Shown: positions 14,117 to 22,778 of the stretch, piece by piece
Layout of the letters: every line of letters begins with the position of its first letter
Numbering within the stretch: the first letter of the stretch is position 1
Origin: Catajapyx aquilonaris
Taxonomy: Eukaryota
Direction: 5' to 3'
DNA length: 26,006 bases
Assembly: GCA_000934665.2 (NCBI GenBank)
Contig: KZ537999.1
Coordinates: forward strand, 310,001-336,006
Position numbers and translations under genes: made by a program
The notes under the pieces: model-generated
Told to the model about the DNA's origin: nothing
The model's database searches: none
The model's input: only the letters and a program-made list of their open reading frames with translations

Positions 14117-14347
14117 TGTTTTGTCTGGAACTCTTTGCTTTTCATTTTACTGCGCTCGTTGGGATAGGATAGGGACGGAAGGAAGCGGCTGTGGCCTATT
14201 AATTACGGAAGCATCTCCGGAATTTTCCTGGAAGGACCATGGGAAACCACAGAAAACCACGGTCAGAGTTGCCGGCCCCGGGATTCGAACCCAGGACCTC
14301 CCGATTAGCAGTCGGACGCCTTATCCACTATGCCAACCTGCTTCGGT
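14117..14347 (-). mobile_element. tRNA-derived SINE, 231 bp, with 12-bp target-site duplication
   Basis: The minus strand begins with a tRNA-like head carrying Pol III A-box TGGCATAGTGG and B-box GGTTCGAATCC. It is flanked by the direct repeat ccctgaaagtat at 14105-14116 and 14348-14359. Confidence 0.88.
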
Positions 14348-14547
14348 CCCTGAAAGTATAGTAAGGTATATGTACAAAATTAACTCAATAATAATATATA
14401 ATCAGCAAACCGAAAAAATAGCTAACAACATTAAGCCATTTCAAATTGTTCACACTATTTTATTACCAAATTTTGACCAAGATGCCAGCACATATTATTA
14501 CAGCTCCTCTATAGACAATCTTGCCGTTTATTCCGAGGTTTAATCTC

Positions 14548-16739
14548 CTAGAACTCCTTCTCCAGCTTCCATTGTTGGAACTCCAAGTCGTCTTTTTCCG
14601 CGTCCTCGTTGGCCTCCAGCCAATCCAGGACCTCCTCACATCGCTCCATGGCTGCCCGGTTGTTTGGCTTGTCAAGGTACATTTGCTTCAAGTCATACAC
14701 ACATTGTTCCAGGTTGACCCTTGCAGTGGCCCGATCCCTCTTCTTCTGGTCTTCCTTGCGGTACTTCTCGGCTTCCAGGATCATCCTGTCGATCTCCTCC
14801 TGGCTGAGTCTTCCGTTCACGTTCTTGATGGTCACATGGTTGGAGTTTCCGTTGGATGTGTCCACGGCTGTGACAGTCAGGATACCTTCGGCGTCGACAG
14901 CGAATGTGACATCGATGTCAGGCACACCTCTGGGCGCAGGAGATATTTCCGTGAGTTTGAACGAGCCCAGAAGGTCGTTGTTTTTGCTCATAAGACGCTC
15001 TCCTTCATAAACCTATTAAATGGCATGTTTTTAAGCGACACTCTTGCAAAGAAATTTTGTTGTTGTTGTTGTTGTCTACTTACTTCGATATCCACAGTTG
15101 ATTGATTGTCATGTAAGGTTGTAAACCCGCGTTTCTTTTCACATGGAACTGTGGTGTTCCTTTCCATGACCACGGCCATCATTCCTCCCGCAGTGTCAAT
15201 TCCCAGAGACAAAGGGGTCACGTCTTCTAACACCACCTCTCTGATGTAGTCGCCATCCGCCGCGTCTGTGATGTAATCATCCTGATCCGCATCTCTGATA
15301 TAATCACCAATGTTTCCACTGATGGCCACTGCTTCTATGGCAGCCCCGTAGGCCACAGCTTCATCCGGATGTATGCTCTTGCAGGGCTCTTTTCCTCCGA
15401 AGAAATCAGTCACCAGCTGACGTATCATTGGAATCCGGGTCGACCCTCCGACCAAAACCACGTCGTCTATCTTCTTCTTGTCCAGCTTGGCGTCCTTCAA
15501 GGCCGATTCGACGGTGCCAATCGTCTTACGGAAAAGATCTTGGCACAGATCTTCGAATTTGGCTCGCCTTATCTGAAGGAAATGAAGATATCAAAGATTT
15601 CACTGCTTGCACAAGCATGATTGCAGCGATGTTACAAACCTTCTCCGAAAAGTCGATATTACTGCAAATGTTGTCCACTGTCACTGTTGTCTCAGTCACA
15701 CTAGACAAGTTCCTCTTGGCCTCCTCGCAGGCTGTACGTAGTCGTCGCAGTGATTTCGGATGTTCAGTGAGGTCATGGCCGTGCTTCTCCTTGAACTTTT
15801 CGACAAAGTAGTCCAAGAGACAGTTGTCAAAGTCCTCTCCTCCCAAATGCGTGTTTCCAGCGACGGACAGTACTCTCAGATGGGAGCCCTTGATGGTCAG
15901 CACCGACACGTCGAAGGTTCCTCCTCCGAGGTCGTACACCAAAATGTTGTTGGCCTCCTTCAGCTTCTTGTCCAATCCGTAGGCCAAGGCTGCTGCTGTT
16001 GGCTCGTTTATTATTCGGAGGACGTTCAGACCAGCGATCTGTCCGGCGTCTTTTGTGGACTGACGCTGGGCGTCGTTGAAGTATGCCGGTACAGTCACCA
16101 CTGCGTCCGTAACCTCCATGCCCAGATACTTCTCTGCCGATGCTTTCAGATTGCCCAAAACCATGGCGCTGATCTCTTCTGGGTGGAACCTTCGCCGTGT
16201 TCCTTCATACTCGACCTCCAGGAGAGGCTTGTTTTTCTCATCTACCACCTTAAAGCTCCATAGGTTTATGTCATATTGAACAATGGGGTCATTGTAATTA
16301 CGACCAATGAGGCGCTTTGCATCAAATACGGTGTTTTTTGGGTTGACAGATACCTGTAAGAAATGAGATCAGGAAATGAAATTCGCACACGCAGATTTGG
16401 TGGCCATTCCATATCTGAGGTTTCGAGATCAGCTGCTTTTATACTTTCGGCGTGAAGGACATATTTGTGACTTTTTTTAAAAAAAATCCCACAATAATTC
16501 AAGTTCGGTAGGGCTGACATTTTGGGTGTTTTAACTCTCAACAAGTCAACAAGAACTCTCACCTGCGCCTTCGCTGCGTCTCCGATCAGTCTCTCTGTGT
16601 CAGTGAATGCGACATAACTAGGTGTCACCAACTTTCCATGGTCATTCGGGATGATCTGCACCTTTCCTTTCTGCCAGACACCCACGCAGGAATACGTGGT
16701 TCCCAAGTCTATCCCAATAACTGGAGCCTTCTTCGACAT
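14548..16739 (-). CDS. Hsp70: Hsp70-family protein, unit 4 (type B), about 614 aa
   Basis: Exons 16739-16563, 16353-15640, 15572-15084, 15012-14548; GT-AG, phase 0, open frame. Starts [18 protein letters not shown]; closest paralog is unit 3. Ends KLEKEF*. AATAAA on - at 14532-14527. Confidence 0.93.
15058..15075. repeat. (TGT)6 / (ACA)6 microsatellite in intron 3 of unit 4
   Basis: tgttgttgttgttgttgt read directly from the sequence. Confidence 0.85.
15237..15305 (-). repeat. Coding 27-nt tandem repeat, about 2.5 copies (DYIRDADQD / DYITDAADG / DYIRE)
   Basis: Minus strand reads gattatatcagagatgcggatcaggat gattacatcacagacgcggcggatggc gactacatcagagag. Confidence 0.75.
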
Positions 16740-17475
16740 TTTTATCTATAGCTAGAATCTATAGAGACGGATACACTAAGTTATCTGAGTTATTATACAC
16801 ACAAATCTGTATTACCCTGCCACACAGGGAGTTGTTTATATTCCAGAGTCAGTGCAGCATGTGCATGAAGTGCAATGAGTTCACAAGAATAGGTGGTTTA
16901 CAAGTAACACCGACAGTAGGTGGGGCGATAATGCCATGCGTTACATTAATTCTACGTAGTTGTATACTTAGTGTGATCATTTGTAAGTGGACTTTGCCAA
17001 ATTTATATTCAGAGCAGGAAAATCCGAAAAAATGAATAAAAAGCACTACTGTTTAGTGCACTTACTTTTTCACTTTGGGTATTCGGAACAATTCTGCTTG
17101 CACTTGGGCTACACTGTAGGATTGCAGACAGTGCGATAAGGATCCACCTCTCCGACATGATAAGAGATAATCCCCCCAACCCGATTAGATTACCCTTCCA
17201 CTTGTTTCCTGAAATGAAAATGTGCAATGTGTACCTATCGTGACTCTTGCAATAGCAGTTTTAAACATGCTCTTTTCAATTATCAGTTACTGTGAGGATA
17301 CTTCATCTCCCCAATAACTAGGATGAAGAAGAGAATATCAATATTGAAATATGACAATATAACTTGCACTATCAATATTCAATACTATGATGAAATGCTC
17401 GTACAGTATATTAAAATGCCAAGTTGGCGATCACTCTATCAAAAAACATTGACGATAGACGCTGATTGAGTCACT

Positions 17476-19816
17476 TTATTTTCTGAGATAATTCATCATT
17501 GATTCGACTTTCTCTTTGAACTCGTCCAGCAAATCTACAAACACGCTTTTTGCAGCCAGCTCGTTTTCGTCTATAATGTCCAGCATTTGATAGCACTCGT
17601 CCACCAGCATCTGCTTCACTTCTTCCGAAATCTCATTGCCATCAGCTGCTTCTTCGACGGCCTGCTTCACGTCGTACACGTAAGTCTCCAAGTTGGTTTT
17701 GGCGACGTCTCTGTCTCTCATCGCCTCTTCTTTGTCGCGGAATTTCCTCAACTCTTGCGACATTTCAGACAACTCCCACAATTTATTCTCCACTTCTTGA
17801 TCTCCTACGTTGATAATCCCGTTGGCATCGATGGCGATTATTAGCTCTCCGTTACGAAAGGAATTGTTGTAGGAAATAATTTTCTCTTCCATTCTTCCCT
17901 GTAACGGCACATAATGAAAAATATGTATTACTTACCTGGTGTGCCATATTATATTATGAGCGTAATGAAAAATTAAAATTTCAGGACATTGCCCAAGTTT
18001 ACTTACTGGTAGAGTGATGGTGACCCGTTTTCCATGGTGACAGCAATACTGAACGTGATTGTTCAATGGAGCAATGAAATGTTTCTTAGAAATGTGCAAA
18101 ATTCCATCACTCAACTTCATGTCCAACGGTACATTGGGTTTGTCTGCCTGTCTCCTGCCTAGAATCCGGTCTGTCACCCTGGATAACTCTGAAGGCTCAT
18201 TTTCCTGGCCGATGTTATTGACAACCTCTTCCTGGTTACCTATGTGTTTCTTTACTTTCGTGTCGGATATGACATTGCTATGAACATGTACGGCATAGTT
18301 GCTCCTCTGTACAACATTATGGGAGCCATTCCTGTGTACATCCGAACTTCTAACCGATGTTAATCCTGCTGTCCAACTCTTTGCTGTTCTGTCATCATAA
18401 ACAGGTCTGCTAAAGGATCGTGTTGCATCCGTGTTATTCGGAACAATTTTTCCCGCAGTTGGTAATACTCGCACTCCCATCCTCGGTTTCTCCGGTTGTT
18501 TAACTGTGTTCATGCGAAAACCATGCACTGCAGCTCCAATTACAACAGCTTCTTGTGAGTCGATGCTGTGATCCAGACTTTGCAACGGGAAGAAATTTTT
18601 CACCCTCTCCCTCAACATTGGTATTCGAGTCGATCCGCCAACTAACACCACGTGCTTTATTTTAGTTCGGTCTAAACTGGCATCCAGTAATGCACTTTCC
18701 ATTAGCTGCATCATTTCGTTGATCTTTCCTGTACATAGAGCTTCAAATTGTTTCCGAGTAATCTGCAGGGATGATACAAAAATTATCTGTAAACTTAACT
18801 CCATTTTCAGCATATTATATACATGTATGAGGCATACCGCGTACCGTACCTTACAGGTGAAATTAAGATCCTGGCAAAGACAATCAATTTGTATTGTTGC
18901 CTCTTCTCGCACGGAAAGTGTTTTCTTCGCCTCTTCACAGGCCAACAAGAGCTTCCACTTGGCCTCGATGTTATTTTGCAAATCTAGCATGTGGCATTGC
19001 CTAATCAAGTTCAATGAGTGCGAAACTAAACACTTATCCAATTCGGAACTCCCCAGACTTGTATCACATTTGCTTAAGACCATTTCGGGATTCCAGTTGT
19101 TCACATGTAACACCGACACTTCAAATATATACTTACTCAGGTCATACACCAGGACATGACCCGCATCCTTCAACTTATTTCGGTAACAATATGCTAGAGC
19201 AGCTGCAGTGCAATTTTCAATGACATTCACAAGTCCAATTTTGGCCAGATTTGCGACGTTACTGGTTGCTTGTTGTCGTTGAGCCTCGTTGAAATAAGTA
19301 GGGACAGTCATTACTGTACGCGTCACTGGGACACTCAGAAATTTCCGGGCATATTTCAACCTCCTTTTCAGCACGTATGCCATGATACGTTCCGGAGTCA
19401 ACCTTTGTAGCTTCCCGTTTTTCTTTACTTCAACGTGAGCTCTTCCACCAACAATAGACACTCGCAACGGCCAGTAAGACTTGGGTTCTAAAGCAATAGA
19501 GTTGTCATGGACTGTTCCAATTAGCCGCTTTACGTCGAACACCGTGTTGTACATGTTTGTCCGCATCTGTATTAAACAAGAACGGATCAGGATCTGCTGA
19601 AATATCCATCAGAAAGGGTTGGTCGTATACCTGGCTTTTGGCGACTTCTCCGACGAACGTTTTCTTGCCAATGAACGCGACGTAATTGAGCGTAAAAGGC
19701 TTTTCTATTGCGTTGAAGTTGGGTATGATCTCAACTCGGCCATCTTTCCACACAGCCATTCGGGTCGCACAAGTTCCCATGTCGATACCAACCACAGGAG
19801 GTCTTGCATGCTCCAT
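17476..19816 (-). CDS. Divergent Hsp70-like protein, unit 5 (type C), about 693 aa: degenerate NBD, long polar insert, remnant SBD and helical lid
   Basis: Exons 19816-19631, 19566-18850, 18762-18007, 17898-17476. The first two introns match paralog positions; the third was chosen by GTAAGT donor and phase. Motifs: [58 protein letters not shown]. Confidence 0.8.
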
Positions 19817-20428
19817 CTCAGTTGATATTAACTTCCTAGGCCTCTATGTTCAGCTGTGAGTGTGAGCGACCTTTTTGTGTATACTACTGCAAAAAATAAT
19901 GAATGAAATCCTGGTAACTGTGCCACATACCTGTTCAGCTGTAAATGCAGGCTGGATACATCAATAATGTGTCTCAAATGGCATTGTCAGAATTACATCA
20001 AGGAGAATTATTTTGAAACGAGACTGTTCACTGCTAAGAGTTCATGACAAAATGTTATGCACTGATCTCGTTGCTGTAGAAACCAGGTGTGAGGTGATTA
20101 GATAATCATTTGATACTAGAAGGTATTTTCAGTGGGTACGTAATCACTAGATCAGATGATATAGCCTACTACTTGCTACAAATGTTATAACAAAGGAAAT
20201 GATCATTTTGCTACCTAACCTCAGAGCCACGCTACATACCTATACAACACAAACTACAACCACCTGAAGGAATGTAATGTACAACACGGAACTCTATTTA
20301 TCAAATTATTTTATTACATTCATGTACAATATTTTTCAAAGATGAATGACTTTCCGGCATCTAACATCATCACACCATTAATCCATTACAATTATTCTTT
20401 ATTCATAATTAATAATTTCTACCCACAA

Positions 20429-22745
20429 TTAAAAGTTTTTACTCGTCCATTCACTCTTAAGATTGGTTAGTTTCTTTTCATACACGTCCTTGTCCTCATT
20501 TTGGTTTTCCTCGATCCAGTCCAAGAGAGTCGTGCACTTTTCTATTAAAATGTTTTTCTGTTTTTCCGAAATTGACTTGACTGCATCAGATGAGCTTTCC
20601 AGTTTTTATTTAATGGAGTAGACGTAACTTTCCAATTCACATCTGGCTGCAGTTTTTTCCTTCATCTTCACATCTTCTACCTTAAGTATCTCCTCTTCCA
20701 GCTTCATCCGGTCAATCTCTTCCTGGCTGAATCCTCCCTTTGATCTATTTAGGTTCATGTTCTTGGCTTGACCTCTCGCGGTCTCGGCTGCTGTGACATT
20801 GAGAATGCCATTCTCGTCAACGTAAAAAGTCACAATCACTGTGGGTACTCTTGATCCTGCTAAAAATCTTCCCAAGTTAAACGAAGCGAGAAGGTTGCTT
20901 TTCTTTGCTTCGTAATCCTCTATCTCCAGTACCTGTAAAAAGCAGAATCTGCATTGCATTGCTGTGTATAGTTGACAATGGAAATATTTTCTCCGCAATA
21001 ATGGTGGTACAGTATAATTATTATGTCTCTTTTTAAGTTAAATCTGTACATTAAGGAACTCTTGCTGGGTCCCGATGCGATATTCAACGAATTTACAGAA
21101 TTTCCGGGCATATAATGGACACCTACTTGTTTTTATCAGCGAGAATTATTCCGAAATATTCCTATATAAATAGTTTTCACTTCACAAAATGTTTTCTATA
21201 CTGGCGGACATCTTATAGGAGCGCATAAAATCTCGGATACTTACACGTATGAAGATAGCATGCTGTACATTTCCAGCCATTGTAAACATACTGGAATTTA
21301 TACAAGGAATTTTGCGATTCTTCTCCAAGACCACTTCCATTTCATGTCCCTCCACTTCTACCCCAAGAGACATGGGAAGCACGTCCTTCAGCACCACGTC
21401 CTTTATGAGGTGACCTTTGTGGTCACCATGAAGGACAGCGGCTTGTACGGCAGCTCCCATGGCTACCGCGTGATCAGGATTTACGTTCTTGCAGAGCTCT
21501 TTGCCGTTGAAAAATTCCTTGACCATGGCCTGTATTCTCGGGATTCGAGTGGAACCGCCAACCAAAACCACGTCGTCAATGTCTTTTTTCTCTACTTTCG
21601 CGTCGGAGAGAGCTTTTTGGACAATACCCAACGTTTTTTGAAACAAGGTCAAGCAAAGGTCTTCCAACCTCTTCCTTGAAATCTGCGAAGTAAGTTTAGG
21701 TCAGTGTGTGAACGTGCAATGAACACTGTAGTAAACATTTTCTTCACAGTTTACCTAGGATTTTAAGTCTATTCCGTCACAAATATTGTCTACAATGACG
21801 GCTGTCTCCATCCTGTTGGAGAGAACTTGCTTGGCCTCCTCGCAGGCCACTCTCAATCGCTGCATGGCCCTGTGGTTCCCTGTGATGTCCTTCTTGTGTT
21901 TCCTCTTCAGAATGTCAACATGGAAGTCGACAATTAGGTTGTCAAAGTCTCTCCCTCCCAAGTGTGTGTCGCCACTTGTCGACATAACAGTAAAGGTCAA
22001 ACCTTTAACTGACAGAATGGTGACATCAAAGGTTCCTCCTCCGAGGTCATACACCAGAACTGTACGCTCTTCCTCCGATTTGTTTTCCAATCCGTAAGCA
22101 ATGGCTGCTGCTGTCGGCTCGTTTATTATTCGGAGGACATTCAGACCAGCGATCTGTCCCGCGTCTTTAGTCGCTTGTCTTTGGGCGTGGTTGAAGTAAG
22201 CAGGTACTGTCACCACTGCGTCGGTCACCTTCGTCCGCAGATATGTCTCTGCTGTCTCCTTCAAATTGGCCAGAACCATCGCACTTATCTGCTCCGGGTA
22301 AAACCTCTTCCTCACTTTCTGATACTGGACCTCGACACCAAGTTTATCAGTGCCTGTAACCAGTTGGAAAGACCAGGATTTCATATCATTTTGAATGTCC
22401 TGGTCGTCACCAGTGCGACCAATCAGGCGTTTAGAGTCATACACGATGTTCTCGGGAGACACCAACATCTGAAATAATTAAAAATGAAATGCAGAGGGCG
22501 TAAAATGTTTAGGAATTATTTAGGACAATGGGCGAATGGAATGGACATAAGGTGTGTGTGCCTCTCACCTGCTTCTTGGCTGAGTCTCCCACCAGCCTCT
22601 CGTGTTCAGTGAAGGCAACATAACTCGGAGTCACTAGATTCCCATCTTCATTGAATAATATCTTAGCACTTCCATCTTTCCACACTGCAATGCAGGAACA
22701 AGTGGTACCCAAATCGATACCCACTGCTGGCCCTTCCTTTGACAT
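20429..22745 (-). pseudogene. Hsp70: Hsp70-family unit 6 (type A) with two in-frame nonsense codons; possibly the 3' half of a fusion gene with unit 7
   Basis: Exons 22745-22569, 22468-21755, 21682-21245, 20932-20429; sizes 714/438/504 equal those of unit 1. TAG at 21757-21755 stands where paralogs have AAG/GAG, and TAA at 20608-20606 where unit 1 has CAG. Homology continues past both to ...LKSEWTSKNF*. Confidence 0.8.
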
Positions 22746-22778
22746 ATCGCTCCTGCCTTCATGTTCTTCATAATTTGC

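Noticed and set aside
14255..14347. Possible tRNA gene (A-box and GGTTCGAATCC B-box)
   Set aside because: It is the head of a TSD-flanked 231-bp SINE, with no convincing acceptor stem or oligo-T terminator.
14079..14543. 154-aa ORF between units 3 and 4
   Set aside because: It runs through the SINE and AT-rich 3' flank and shows no recognisable protein features.
17899..17935. Strong alternative donor CAG|GTAAGT at 17935 in unit 5
   Set aside because: It would give a 37-nt intron and the wrong phase for the acceptor at 17899; the donor at 18006 keeps the frame.
18763..18849. Hydrophobic 29-aa 'insertion' in the 544-aa ORF of unit 5
   Set aside because: It is an 87-nt GT-AG intron at the position conserved in all paralogs that is open by chance.
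1805..22477. Many long antisense ORFs over the Hsp70 exons (e.g. 1805-2437, 13113-13574, 14521-15105, 15760-16263)
   Set aside because: They mirror the sense exons. Open antisense frames are a known by-product of hsp70 codon usage, and there is no independent coding signal.
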